From: an uncultured Verrucomicrobiae bacterium
GTDB taxonomy: Bacteria; Verrucomicrobiota; Verrucomicrobiia; Limisphaerales; Palsa-1400
Assembly: GCA_963764165.1 (NCBI GenBank)
Contig: CAVXRD010000004.1
Coordinates: forward strand, 160,001 to 224,000
Direction: 5' to 3'
DNA length: 64,000 bases
The notes beneath the pieces were generated by a model that made no database searches, was not told the DNA's origin, and saw nothing but the letters and a program-made list of their open reading frames with translations. Shown piece by piece: positions 49,252 to 59,508 of the stretch (positions are counted from its first letter, which is position 1; every line of letters starts with the position of its first letter). Made by a program: the position numbers and the translations under genes.

Positions 49252-49719
49252 TTAATAGGTCTCGAATCGCACCGGCGTGACCACAACGCGCGGGTTGCTT
49301 TGCTCAATTTCCAATCCGCTCCGCTTATCGGTGACGATCATCTGGTCGTTCCAGCGATGGCAGCGGAACCGCACCGGCTGGCCGTCGGGAAGCGTTGCCA
49401 CGACATCGAACGACGTCACCAATTCGTGGTCCACCTTCACATCGTCGGCCACCCGCAGGCCGCGGCCCAATTTAGGAGGCTGAGCGACCCGAGGTGTGAC
49501 GAACAGCAACACTGAGAGTGCCGCCGCCAGCGCCGGAGTCGCCCAGCCTAAAATCTTCCACCACGCAATGCCGCCCCAACCGGGTTTGCGGGACGCCGTT
49601 TTCACGGGAATGGGCAACGGCTTTGCCGCGCTCAGCCGGGCCATGAACTCGGCCGGAACTGGAGCGGGCGTCATGCGCCGCAATTCCGCTTCGTAACGAT
49701 CCTGCTCGTGGTCGTTCAT
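49252..49719 (-). CDS. putative single-TM anti-sigma factor
   Basis: EAELRRMTPAP N-terminus, one TM helix, ATGA-coupled to the ECF gene. Confidence 0.7.
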   Translation of the reverse strand: MNDHEQDRYEAELRRMTPAPVPAEFMARLSAAKPLPIPVKTASRKPGWGGIAWWKILGWATPALAAALSVLLFVTPRVAQPPKLGRGLRVADDVKVDHELVTSFDVVATLPDGQPVRFRCHRWNDQMIVTDKRSGLEIEQSNPRVVVTPVRFETY

Positions 49720-50213
49720 GCGAAGACTCCCTGGGTTAACTTGCGCAGTTCCACCAATCCGTAGCGGTAGCGCGAAGCCGCCGTGCTTGCGGGAATTTCA
49801 AGCGCTTCCGCTATTTCCGCGAAGGTCAATTCGCCCCAAACCTTGAGGGTCACGACGTCGCGATACATGGGTTGCAAATCGTTCACAGCTTTTTGAAGGA
49901 CCAAATTTCGTTCGCGGTCGACCACGCTTGAGTCGAACCAAAATTGAGGCGCATCCATGCGCGACTCCGCTTCCCGCCCTGCCCTTCGGCCCGCGCTCCG
50001 GGCCAGGTCGATGGCGCGGCGGCGGACGGTCGCATAGACAAGCCCGATTGCGGGCGGCGCGCCGTCGTTTTGGCGCTGCCATGATTCGACGACTGCTTCC
50101 TGCACCAGGTCTTGCGCGTCTGCCTCGCAATGAGCCTGCTGCCGCGCGAAGAGCAACAGAGGGGGCGCATGCCGCGCCAGCCATTGCTCCCAGTTTGTGT
50201 CTCCGGGCATTTC
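49716..50213 (-). CDS. ECF sigma factor
   Basis: AQDLVQEA and LKVWGELTFAEIAEALEIP..TAASRYRYGL; start at 50234 (GTG) or 50213. Confidence 0.9.
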   Translation of the reverse strand, partial: EMPGDTNWEQWLARHAPPLLLFARQQAHCEADAQDLVQEAVVESWQRQNDGAPPAIGLVYATVRRRAIDLARSAGRRAGREAESRMDAPQFWFDSSVVDRERNLVLQKAVNDLQPMYRDVVTLKVWGELTFAEIAEALEIPASTAASRYRYGLVELRKLTQGVFA

Positions 50214-50343
50214 ATTTTCCGAACCGCTATTCACGCGATTTCATACTACAAGCGGCACCGGCCGGATGTTTTGTCTAAATGAAACGAATTATTTTCCGGG
50301 CTGACCGTTTGACTCCGGGCGCCAGGGATAGGTCAAGTCGAAT

Positions 50344-50847
50344 TTAATAATCGTATAAACCGCTGTCGCGAGTATAGCCGCCCGGCCCTCCGCCGCCGGG
50401 CGCCCCACCCTCGCCGCCCATCAAATCGCCCAAAACATCGCCCATGTCGGCCTCGATTTTTTCAGGATCTTCGCCCGCTTCGAGCCGCTTGATGGCGATG
50501 TCCAATTCCTTCGGCACGGAACCGGCGGGCATCATGTCTTTCATTTTCTTCATCATGTGGGCCATGTGGCGCGGATTGTTTTCGTCCAGATGATCGATGT
50601 CGCGCTCGATTTCCGCCATGGCCCGCGCCACGCGCGGGTCATCCAAATCCGGCATCGCCCCTTCGTCCGAAGCATCGGCGGCGGGCGTTTCGGACAAGCC
50701 GCGCGGCATGGCAAAGGAACTCATTTGCTTGACCATTTTGCGCTGGCCGCATTTGGGGCACTGCGGCGGCTTCTCGGGCTGCAAGCGCTTGGAGAGAAAA
50801 TTAAAAATGCGCCTGCAATGGGGGCAGGCAAATTCGTATATAGGCAC
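50344..50847 (-). CDS. FmdB-family zinc-ribbon protein
   Basis: MPIYEFACPHC...CPKCG. Confidence 0.85.
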   Translation of the reverse strand: MPIYEFACPHCRRIFNFLSKRLQPEKPPQCPKCGQRKMVKQMSSFAMPRGLSETPAADASDEGAMPDLDDPRVARAMAEIERDIDHLDENNPRHMAHMMKKMKDMMPAGSVPKELDIAIKRLEAGEDPEKIEADMGDVLGDLMGGEGGAPGGGGPGGYTRDSGLYDY

Positions 50848-50862
50848 AGTCGGCTCCTTTTC

Positions 50863-52347
50863 TTATCTTTTTGCGGGGGGTAGAATGCTGGCGGCCAGCC
50901 GTCCAATCCAGACGCGCGGCGCGGCCTGTTTCCATTCGACACCCGTTAGTTCAGGTGGCGCGGATCTCGTGAGAGCCAGGCGATCCTGCGGGCGCAACTT
51001 CTTGACCCATGGCTCGTAGTCCGCCGGGTTCCCATCGGAAGCATGCACGGCGCGATAAATTTTCAGATCGTCCTTGGGCATCAGCGCCGGCTCAAAGCCA
51101 GCCATATAGCGCCAGTCCGCGTGAGGATTCTTGTAAAATGTGTTGTAAAAGAATTGCATGTTATCGTTGTAAAAGATTCCACCCGGCCCCGGCATCCACT
51201 CTTTCAATTTTGGATCGGTTCCGTCGACAAACGGTTCAACCAGCGTCAGGGAATAACGGCGGTCCATGTCGTTGGTCATATCCAAATAAAGCGGCAAAAC
51301 GATGCAACCGCAAGCGATCAGCCGGCGCAAGGGCGCGCCGTCCCACAATTTAAAGGAGGCGTTGTCGAATTCCCCGGCCATCCATACCAGCGCGGCGGGC
51401 ATTCCCCAATCGGCCCAAAATCGATCGGCGGAAAATCCCAATATCCAGTTGATGAGGATCATCCAGAAAACCGGCTGGACGGAAAGCGGGCGCGCCGAAC
51501 TGGCCTGCCGCTGCCGCCAGAGATAAACGAGAACCAGCATGGCGACGGTGCCGTATTCTCCGATGCTTGGCTGAAATTCGCCCACCAGCATGTATTTCGG
51601 GGCGTGCTCCTCGTAGACACACTTTGCCATGAAGATGGCGCCATAAAGAAACTTAATCGGCTGCCCTGTCAGCAATGCGCCGATGACCACCCCCGCCAGC
51701 CAGCACCCCGCCAGCCACAATCCCGCCATCCACCGTTGCGCGAGAAAAAACGCGACGAAAAGCAGCACCCACAAATACCACGCGCCATGCACCGCCACCG
51801 AGAGCGTGAATCCAAGGCACGTCAAAGCGATTTTCCACCACGGCGGAATTCGCCTTTCCTCTTTTGACCACGAAAACAGGAGCGCCATCATGATGCCCTC
51901 AGTCAATAAATAGGGCCGCCCTTGGACAAACCGGTTAATCAAATCGGGAATCGCAATGGATTGCGCCAGCAGCGCGGCCAGCCACGCCTCCGGATGTTTG
52001 ACCCAAATCAGCGGCAGCCAAAACACGCACAAGGCCATCGCCACAAGCGAAAAACCAAGCAGCGAATCCTCCCCCATCCCCAGCGTTTTGTGGAGCACGC
52101 CCAGGAACCATTCCCATCCAGGGCTGTGATCGACCACGTATTCCGGGCGCATCACGACGATTTCGGAGTAAGGCTTGGCCGCGAAAGGCTTGGCGGCGTG
52201 GCGGCGGGCATCACCCGGCGGCAGGTAGCCCATGCTCAAAACTTTCAGGCAGATAAACACGCCCGTCAACAAGACAGCGATCCAGCAAATCAGGGGGGCA
52301 TATCGCTGAAGAACGGCGTTTTGATTCATTCTTTTAGGCGTTGCCAT
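50863..52347 (-). CDS. polytopic membrane protein, possibly a GT-C-type glycosyltransferase
   Basis: About 10 TM segments; DARRH after the first TM; the functional call is speculative. Confidence 0.65.
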   Translation of the reverse strand: MATPKRMNQNAVLQRYAPLICWIAVLLTGVFICLKVLSMGYLPPGDARRHAAKPFAAKPYSEIVVMRPEYVVDHSPGWEWFLGVLHKTLGMGEDSLLGFSLVAMALCVFWLPLIWVKHPEAWLAALLAQSIAIPDLINRFVQGRPYLLTEGIMMALLFSWSKEERRIPPWWKIALTCLGFTLSVAVHGAWYLWVLLFVAFFLAQRWMAGLWLAGCWLAGVVIGALLTGQPIKFLYGAIFMAKCVYEEHAPKYMLVGEFQPSIGEYGTVAMLVLVYLWRQRQASSARPLSVQPVFWMILINWILGFSADRFWADWGMPAALVWMAGEFDNASFKLWDGAPLRRLIACGCIVLPLYLDMTNDMDRRYSLTLVEPFVDGTDPKLKEWMPGPGGIFYNDNMQFFYNTFYKNPHADWRYMAGFEPALMPKDDLKIYRAVHASDGNPADYEPWVKKLRPQDRLALTRSAPPELTGVEWKQAAPRVWIGRLAASILPPAKR

Positions 52348-52450
52348 GACGCCGCATCACCAGGGCAAAGGCAAGCCAATTTTCGCTGGGCGCACCGCTT
52401 CCAGCAACCCGTGGATGTTTCATCCGCTTGGTCATTTTTTCAAAATGAAC

Positions 52451-52490
52451 CTTTGTTTACCTATGTTTGCCTTGGTTTGCCTAGGTTTAC
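52451..52490. repeat. 4 x 10-bp tandem repeat (CTWKGTTTRC)
   Basis: ctttgtttac ctatgtttgc cttggtttgc ctaggtttac. Confidence 0.6.
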
Positions 52491-52771
52491 GCATGCAAAC
52501 GCGCCATCGCGGCTGGCAAAAAACTCAGTCCTGGTTTCCGCTCGGCCCCTGGCCCTCAGTCCTTTCCTCCCAATCTTATCAAATATATACATGGATGCAT
52601 TCTGGCACGGGATTGGAAAACAGAAAACCTACCAGAGGTTTTCCAGCACGATTTTTGAAGAAATCTTTCGGAAAATTGAATCTGGAACGCAGGAACGCCG
52701 GAAAAGAGCCTTTTTTCCGTGACAGCCTCCCTGTCGGTGCGTGCCCAATTGCAGTCCCGCCAGGGAAATGA

Positions 52772-52837
52772 GCCACAGACGGACACAGATCAACACAGAC
52801 AAATCAAAAATCTGTGTTGATCTGTGTGATCTGTGGC
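52772..52837. repeat. REP-like palindrome (GCCACAGA..ACACAGAT / ATCTGTGT..TCTGTGGC)
   Basis: Long hairpin built from CACAGA units downstream of the helicase. Confidence 0.8.
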
Positions 52838-52882
52838 CATCCCTCGATCCTTGGCAACCTCAGCCCCAATTAGAAGAGTTTT

Positions 52883-52971
52883 AACAGAAGGAAACGAAGG
52901 TCACGAAGGGGGAACAAAATCGTCTGTCTGGTGCAGTTCGCCATTCTTCATGTGCTCTGTTTCCTTCTGTT
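52883..52971. repeat. REP-like palindrome (AACAGAAGGAAACGAAG family)
   Basis: Inverted arms; a related single arm lies at ~10338-10366. Confidence 0.65.
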
Positions 52972-52973
52972 TG

Positions 52974-55900
52974 TTATTCCGTGAACAGATAACGGAGGTC
53001 GTCCAGGGTGAGGCTTTGGGAGAAGCGCTCCTCGCCGAGGACGTCGTCGGCCAGAGCGGCTTTTTGCTTTTGCAGGGCGCGGATTTTTTGCTCGATGCTT
53101 TCGCGCATCAAAAGCCGGTAAGCCATCACCTTGCTGGTCTGGCCGATGCGGTGCGTGCGGTCAATGGCCTGGTTTTCCACTGCCGGGTTCCACCACGGGT
53201 CGAATAAAACCACATAGGACGCCGCGGTCAGGTTCAATCCAAACCCGCCCGCCTTGAGTGAAATCAAAAACACCGCGCCGCCTTTGTGCGTCTGAAATTT
53301 CTGCACCAGCTCGCCGCGATTTTCCGTTTCGCCGGCCAGATAATAGTGCGGCCACTCGCGCTCGGTCATTTTTTCGCGCAGCAAATCGAGCATCGTGACA
53401 AATTGCGAGAACACCAGCACCTTGTGGCCTTCTTCCATCAGCGGCTCCAGCAAATCCTCCAGCGCGGAAACTTTGGCGCTTTCGGCGTTGCGCAACTTAT
53501 CGTTCACCAGCGCCGGGTGGCAGCAAATCTGCCGCAGCCTCAGCAGCGACGTGAGAATGTTAAACCGCTCCTCGTTGAGCTGCGCGTTCGTTTGGACGCC
53601 GAGGATGAGCAGGCGCGCGCGCTTGAGTTCCGCGTTGTAAAGCGTTTTTTGCTCCCCTTCCATTTCGCAGAGCAAATCCTCCTCGATGCGGTCGGGCAAA
53701 TCCTTTGCCACCTGCCCCTTGGTTCTGCGAAGCAGGAAGGGGCGGACGCGCGCGGCCAGGCGGCGGCGGGCGAGCGGATCGTCCTTCGCGTCAAAGCGGC
53801 GGAGAAAATGCGTGCGATTTCCCAGCGCGCCGGGCATGGCGAAATTAAAAATGCTCCACAAATCGAGCAGCCGGTTTTCAATCGGCGTGCCGGTGAGCGC
53901 AAGGCGATGGCTGGCCTTCAACGCGCGCGCCGCCTGCGTGGTTTGCGAATCGGGATTCTTAATGTATTGCGCCTCATCCAAAATTGCCGCCAGCCATTGC
54001 GCATTGGCAATCGCTGGCGAAAGAGAGCGCAGTTGCGCGTAATTGATCACAATAAGATCGGCGGCTTCGCGCGCGGCGGGAAGTTCGTCGGCAGCTTCCC
54101 CGCGCCACAGGCGGACGCGCAGGCCGGGGCAAAATCTTCCGGCTTCGGCGCGCCAGTTATCCATGACCGATTTTGGGCAAACGACCAGCGACGGGTTGAG
54201 CGCGCAAGGTTCAGACGGAACAGTTTGTTCGCGCAGCCATGCGAGCCAGGCGAGCGTTTGCAGCGTTTTGCCCAGGCCCATGTCGTCGGCCAGCACACCG
54301 CCGAAGCTGTTCGACGTAAGATAGGCCAGAAAGTGAAATCCCTCGGTTTGATACGGTCGCATTTCGGCGCTGATGGCTTGCGGCTGCGCCGGGGAGACGC
54401 GCGTTTTCAATTCGCTCGCGCGGCGCTGGATTTTTTCAACGCGCTCGGGTTCAAGAAACTTTTTCGCCGCATCGTCGGCCAGTTGCAGCGCGTGGAACCG
54501 CTGCGGCTCGGCGGAAAAATCCTTCGCATCGAGGCCAAGCCGCGCGAGCTGCTCGTCGTCCTCCTTCGTGAGGTTGAATTGCAGCCGCCGCCAGCCTTTC
54601 TTGCCGAGCCGCACGTAGCCGCCGCGCGCGTTGAGCAACAGTTTCAACTCGTCTGCCGTGAGCGTGGTGTCGCTAATGTTGAGGGCGACTTTGAGATCGA
54701 ACCAGTCGATTCCCGCTTCGGCGACATCCAGAGAGACACTGCCGGTGATCGGCTCGTCGCGCAGCGTGGCCAATTCCTTGTCCAGCAGCACTTCAATTTC
54801 CGGCGGCAGAGATTTGAGCCACGGCACGAATATTTCGGGAGTTTTTTTGGTAAGCCGCAGCCTCCAATCGCCAGTGTAATCCTGCCACTTCAATCCCAGC
54901 GGGTCGATCCTTCGCGGAAAATGCGTTTGCGGCGTGCGGTCATGCACCACGATCGTGCCATCGCCGCTTTGGCCGGGCGAATGGGATTTGGTGGAGTAAA
55001 CGGACGGAACCCCATGGCCATGAGATTCCGTCGACCATCCGTGCGGCGTGAATCTTTCCTTTGGCAAGCCGGGCGCAGTGGAAGTCACGGTGACGACAAT
55101 GTCCTCGGTCCCGCTGCTGGAAAAAGCCGGCTTGACCATGCACGAGATCATCACGGCAACAGGAATCGTGCGAATGCGCTGGCTCAAATGTTCCGGGAGC
55201 GGGACGTCGGTGGCGCGCAGGAAGCGAAGGCCGTGGGGGGTTTCGAGAGCGGGCGCGGGAATCTTCTTGCGCAACTCGGGCCCCAGAACATCGGCAGGCG
55301 GGCCGGGAAAAAGGCCCCGGCTTGTCAAATACAGCGCCGGACGTCCGGACAGCGAGCAATAAATTTTTGGCGGCGGCGAGCCGTCCGCCGTGACAAGGGA
55401 AAGATCATAATCGGCGCCGCCGTCGGACGGAGGGCGCAACTGAATCTTCAGCGGATCAGATTGACGAACCAGCGGCTGGCCGCCGGCATCCACGACACGA
55501 TCGGGAGCGAGCGGCATTCGCAGCAAACGATTGAGCGCCGGGCGCGCGGTGGAATCCGCGTATCTGAGCGAGCCCCAGCTTTCATAGCTCCACGGTTTGT
55601 AAGTGGCGCTCCACAGTGGAAGCGATTCGGGGGCGATGACCAGGCCGGCGCGCTCGAATTGCTCGGAGAGCCTTTTGCCGTGGGTTTGTTTCATCTCGGC
55701 GTAAGGGGTATTTGGCTCAAGACGCCATTGCAGCCGGGCTTCGGTCTCGTAAACAGCCAGGCGCAATTCCAGCACGCCAGGGTCGGACGTGCCCACGCCA
55801 TGATCGAATTCATGAAACCACTGGTTCCATTTTTTGATTTCCTTTCCGCGCTCCCAATTGCTCATTTCCTTTTCAATGATGGAGAAGTCCGTGATGCCGT

Positions 55901-56561
55901 TCATGAACGCAGGCCACGGCATGTCGCGGCGGCGCAATTCCCATGCGACATAAAGCCAGAACTCGAAATCATCCCTGGGGAAATCAAGCCAAAGCTCGAT
56001 TTTATTCCAATAATCATGATAATTTGGCGCGACCCGCAAACCGGCCAGTTCACTCAAGTCCCCTCCGGTCACAGCTCCCCGCTCGGCTTGAGCGTAATGC
56101 CGTTGCACGGTCCGAATGAAGCTGGCTTCGTCGCGAGTGAGCGCGCGCCCGAGGCTCCCCGCAAGCTTGCTGGCGAGCGGCGAAGGCGGAGGCTGCGGCG
56201 CGATTGGCTCCCTGGCCGGCGGGCCAAAACTCTTCACTTTTTTCCCGGGCGCATTTGCCTCAGCCGCAGCAGCGACGGTAGCCTGTCTTTGCAATTCCAT
56301 CATGGCGGCAACAATGTGTTTGCACTCCAGCACATCCGAGCAGCCACAATCGCCATCCCATTCGCCCTTAATATATTCCAGCCCCACCTCGTAATCCGTG
56401 CCCCCGATCACTATCGCGGTGTAAAGGCAATCCGGCACCTCGCACTTTAATTCCACCACATCGCCGCGCGCGAAATAGCCGTGGCCGCGCTTGAGCGTCT
56501 TGGGTGGGATGGCATCGAGAAAACGATCAATCGCTTCCAGCAAATCTTTCCGCAACTTCAT
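52974..56561 (-). CDS. SWIM zinc-finger plus SNF2-family helicase
   Basis: CGC....CKH SWIM motif; LADDMGLGKT, DEAQ, TGTPIEN, FSQF, SLKAGG.GLNL and QAIDRTHRIGQ. Confidence 0.95.
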   Translation of the reverse strand: MKLRKDLLEAIDRFLDAIPPKTLKRGHGYFARGDVVELKCEVPDCLYTAIVIGGTDYEVGLEYIKGEWDGDCGCSDVLECKHIVAAMMELQRQATVAAAAEANAPGKKVKSFGPPAREPIAPQPPPSPLASKLAGSLGRALTRDEASFIRTVQRHYAQAERGAVTGGDLSELAGLRVAPNYHDYWNKIELWLDFPRDDFEFWLYVAWELRRRDMPWPAFMNGITDFSIIEKEMSNWERGKEIKKWNQWFHEFDHGVGTSDPGVLELRLAVYETEARLQWRLEPNTPYAEMKQTHGKRLSEQFERAGLVIAPESLPLWSATYKPWSYESWGSLRYADSTARPALNRLLRMPLAPDRVVDAGGQPLVRQSDPLKIQLRPPSDGGADYDLSLVTADGSPPPKIYCSLSGRPALYLTSRGLFPGPPADVLGPELRKKIPAPALETPHGLRFLRATDVPLPEHLSQRIRTIPVAVMISCMVKPAFSSSGTEDIVVTVTSTAPGLPKERFTPHGWSTESHGHGVPSVYSTKSHSPGQSGDGTIVVHDRTPQTHFPRRIDPLGLKWQDYTGDWRLRLTKKTPEIFVPWLKSLPPEIEVLLDKELATLRDEPITGSVSLDVAEAGIDWFDLKVALNISDTTLTADELKLLLNARGGYVRLGKKGWRRLQFNLTKEDDEQLARLGLDAKDFSAEPQRFHALQLADDAAKKFLEPERVEKIQRRASELKTRVSPAQPQAISAEMRPYQTEGFHFLAYLTSNSFGGVLADDMGLGKTLQTLAWLAWLREQTVPSEPCALNPSLVVCPKSVMDNWRAEAGRFCPGLRVRLWRGEAADELPAAREAADLIVINYAQLRSLSPAIANAQWLAAILDEAQYIKNPDSQTTQAARALKASHRLALTGTPIENRLLDLWSIFNFAMPGALGNRTHFLRRFDAKDDPLARRRLAARVRPFLLRRTKGQVAKDLPDRIEEDLLCEMEGEQKTLYNAELKRARLLILGVQTNAQLNEERFNILTSLLRLRQICCHPALVNDKLRNAESAKVSALEDLLEPLMEEGHKVLVFSQFVTMLDLLREKMTEREWPHYYLAGETENRGELVQKFQTHKGGAVFLISLKAGGFGLNLTAASYVVLFDPWWNPAVENQAIDRTHRIGQTSKVMAYRLLMRESIEQKIRALQKQKAALADDVLGEERFSQSLTLDDLRYLFTE

Positions 56562-56674
56562 TGGCCAATAAAATGGAGAATCCAGCACAGTGTGACAAGC
56601 GGCGACTATTCACAATGAATTCACAATTTCCGGCAGGGGTATGGTTAGAGCCGCGGATGGACGCAGCCCTTCAA

Positions 56675-56769
56675 GCGCGGCTGTGTCGAAGACCAGCCGC
56701 GGCGCGTCGCAGCGCCGGGCGCTCCGGTCAATTCCACGTTCCTGCAACTGGTCTTCGACGCAGCCGCGC
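56675..56769. repeat. REP-like inverted repeat (same family as 36542-36723)
   Basis: gcgcggctgtgtcgaagaccagccgc ... ctggtcttcgacgcagccgcgc. Confidence 0.75.
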
Positions 56770-56850
56770 CGGTGGATGCGCCCCCGGGTGCATCTGAGTT
56801 TTTGTGAGGGCGGACTTCTGCCAAAAGCTCGGCAGGTCGACAAGTGATCG

Positions 56851-57002
56851 CTCTCACCCCGCCAAGCTTGGCGGGGAGAGAGAAGGAGAGAGGGGCAACT
56901 CATTAATGCTAGGCGAGGCGATGCGCATTGAGGCCGATGGATTTTAGTCGTTTGCTAAGCTCCCCTCTCCCTAACCCTCTCCCCGCTGGGCGGGGCGAGG
57001 GA
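56851..57002. repeat. REP-like palindromes (CCCTCTCCC..GGGGAGAGGG family)
   Basis: ctctcaccccg..cggggagag and cccctctccctaaccctctccccg..cggggcgaggg. Confidence 0.65.
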
Positions 57003-57176
57003 ATCCGCGTTTCGTCGGCAAGGGATTGCCAAAAAGTGAGATGCGCCCTGCGCCCCCCAGAATTCCACTTGCAACTTTTTCCGCGCGGCGGGTTAATACA
57101 TGGGACGTGTTGAGCAACGGCAAAGATGCCGATTGCCAGGATCTCGTGTATAGTTACGGACAAGCAGCTCGGATTT

Positions 57177-58460
57177 ATGGCCCAATTTCAATACAAGGCG
57201 CGCCGCCGCGATGGCCAAACGGTCACCGGCATTTTGGAAGTCGCCGATCGCGGCGCGGCGCTCATGCAAATTGAGCGGCTCGGATTGTTTCCGCTGGCTG
57301 TGGAAATGCCCAAAGGCAGCGCCGCGGCGGCAGCGGCGGACAAGCCGAATGCACGGTCCGGCTCGTGGACGCAATTTCTTCCCGCCAGCCTCCGCCATTA
57401 TTTCGTCCGCCAGCGGAAGCCCAAATTGCAGGAATTGGCCACCTTCACCAATCAATTGGCCAATCTGATCAAATCCGGCATGCCTCTGACCGTGGCCCTC
57501 AACAGCATGACGCACCTGGAGACCAAGGGCATTCCCGCCGACGTCAGCCGCCAGCTCAAGAACGACGTGACGGAAGGCAAAGGCCTTTCGGAGGCGATGG
57601 CCAAGCAGCCCGTTATTTTTTCAAGCCTCTACGTCAACATGGTAAGAGCCGGCGAGCAAAGCGGCGCTTTGGTGGACGTTCTCCGGCGCATGGGCGAGCA
57701 TTTCGAACGGTTCTCGGAAGTCTCCGCGAAATTTCGCTCGGCCATGATTTACCCGATCTTCGTCTGCTGCGTCGGAATCGCGATCAGTATTTTCTTCATG
57801 ACCGTGATGCTGCCGAGCTTCATCAAATTGTTCCAGGGATTGGGGAACATCCAATTGCCGCTGATGACGCGCATTCTCATCGGCCTGAATGATTTTGTGA
57901 AGACCTGGTATTGGGTCGGGATTCTGCTGGTGGTGGCGTTCGCCATCATCTTCAATCGTTTCCGCGCCAGCCCCGGTGGCCGGCGCACGATTGACCGCTG
58001 GAAGATTTCGGCTCCGATTTTTGGCAAGGTGACGCGGCTCCATCTCTTCGGGCAGTTTTCGCGGGTGCTGGCCACGTTGCTGCACAACGGGGTGCCGGTG
58101 CTCACCTCTTTGGAAATCACCGAGCAGATCATACCCAATATCATCGTCAAGGAGGCGATCGCGAAGGCGCGCCAGGAAGTCACCGACGGCAAGGCATTGG
58201 CCCAGCCGCTCGCGAAAAGCAAAATTTTTCCGCAGCTCATGGTCGATCTTTTGAAGATCGGAGAGGAAACCGGCGACGTCCCCGGCGCGCTCGGGAATCT
58301 GGCGGAAACGTACGAAACGGAATTGCAGCTCGCGCTGCGGGTGATGACCAACATGATCGAGCCGGTCATCATTTGCGTGATGGCGCTCGGCGTCGGGTTT
58401 TTGCTGGTCAGCATTTTGTCCGCGCTGTTCGCGATCACATCCAGCATTTCGGCCCGATAA
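57177..58460 (+). CDS. gspF: type II secretion system F / PilC-family inner-membrane protein
   Basis: FQYKAR, LYVNMVRAGEQSG, AMIYP, IGEETG and IEP. Confidence 0.88.
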   Translation: MAQFQYKARRRDGQTVTGILEVADRGAALMQIERLGLFPLAVEMPKGSAAAAAADKPNARSGSWTQFLPASLRHYFVRQRKPKLQELATFTNQLANLIKSGMPLTVALNSMTHLETKGIPADVSRQLKNDVTEGKGLSEAMAKQPVIFSSLYVNMVRAGEQSGALVDVLRRMGEHFERFSEVSAKFRSAMIYPIFVCCVGIAISIFFMTVMLPSFIKLFQGLGNIQLPLMTRILIGLNDFVKTWYWVGILLVVAFAIIFNRFRASPGGRRTIDRWKISAPIFGKVTRLHLFGQFSRVLATLLHNGVPVLTSLEITEQIIPNIIVKEAIAKARQEVTDGKALAQPLAKSKIFPQLMVDLLKIGEETGDVPGALGNLAETYETELQLALRVMTNMIEPVIICVMALGVGFLLVSILSALFAITSSISAR

Positions 58461-58464
58461 CGAC

Positions 58465-58983
58465 ATGATCGCTCCCATCCATTCCCATGTTTCCCCTCCG
58501 CTTCGCGGAAAAGGAGGGGATTGGCGCCCTGGCAAGAACGGTCGCATCGAGGGCTTCACCCTGATTGAGATCATGATGGTCGTGGCCATTCTCGGACTCA
58601 CCTTGACGATGGGTGTGCCCGCCTTGTGGAAAACGATTCGCCGAGAGGGCATGGGAAAAGTCGAAGCGGACTTGATCAAGGGCTGCCAGGAAGCCAGGCG
58701 CTCGGCGATTATGGACAATAAGGACGCTTTCCTGGTCATCCGCCCGCATGATCGCACGATCATGGTGGGATCGGAAGCGTCCATCATTCCGGACAATGTG
58801 ATTATTGACTCACTCGGTGTTAATTTTGTCGAACTGCGCGATGCCGATGAGGCGAGAGTCAAATTCACGCCGCAAGCCAGGAGCGATGAGTTCACAATAT
58901 TGATGCATGGTGTCGATGGAAGGTATCGCAAGATTTCCCTCGATACGGTGACGGCGCTGGTTCAAGTGGAGAATATAAATTGA
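58465..58983 (+). CDS. minor pseudopilin (GspH-like)
   Basis: G/FTLIEIMMVVAILG prepilin motif; ARRSAI. Confidence 0.8.
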   Translation: MIAPIHSHVSPPLRGKGGDWRPGKNGRIEGFTLIEIMMVVAILGLTLTMGVPALWKTIRREGMGKVEADLIKGCQEARRSAIMDNKDAFLVIRPHDRTIMVGSEASIIPDNVIIDSLGVNFVELRDADEARVKFTPQARSDEFTILMHGVDGRYRKISLDTVTALVQVENIN

Positions 58984-59504
58984 ACATCAAGCGCGAAACA
59001 GCAGCGAATCTTGGCGGGGCAAAGCTCCAGCCGGGCCTTTCCACCAAAGAGGACTCGGCAGGAGCCTCGCCCTGCCTCGCTTGCCGCCTTGCGGAGCGCG
59101 CCGTCGAAACCGCCGCTTTCACGCTCATCGAGGTGATGATTGCCATCACCATTTTTTTCATGTCCATGTTCGCGCTGCTTGGCGTGTTGAGCGCGGGCAT
59201 CCATGCCGCAAGCATCCTGCGCAGCAGCGGGCCGACCGCGGGGATGGTGGCGAGTTATTTTGCTGTCAGCAATAAAATCGAGGAGGGAAGTTTCGATGGC
59301 GATTTCAGTGACATCGCCGGGTATCAAAATTATCGCTGGAAGGCCGAGGCAAGGCTGATCACGAACGATCTATATAAAATGGACTTCGTGGTGCTTGACC
59401 CCAACAATCAACAGAGTTCGTTTCTCAACGACGTGAAGTTCTACAAGCCCGGCTCCAGCCAGGGCACAAAGCTGGGCTTGCAGCCGCAGCCAGGGCAGCA
59501 TTGA
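58980..59504 (+). CDS. minor pseudopilin (GspI-like)
   Basis: A/FTLIEVMIA; GDF...YRW; start uncertain. Confidence 0.78.
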   Translation: MNIKRETAANLGGAKLQPGLSTKEDSAGASPCLACRLAERAVETAAFTLIEVMIAITIFFMSMFALLGVLSAGIHAASILRSSGPTAGMVASYFAVSNKIEEGSFDGDFSDIAGYQNYRWKAEARLITNDLYKMDFVVLDPNNQQSSFLNDVKFYKPGSSQGTKLGLQPQPGQH

Positions 59505-59508
59505 CGAC

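Noticed and set aside
53286..56450. 1054-aa ORF antisense to the SNF2 helicase
   Set aside because: In-register shadow of a clearly conserved gene
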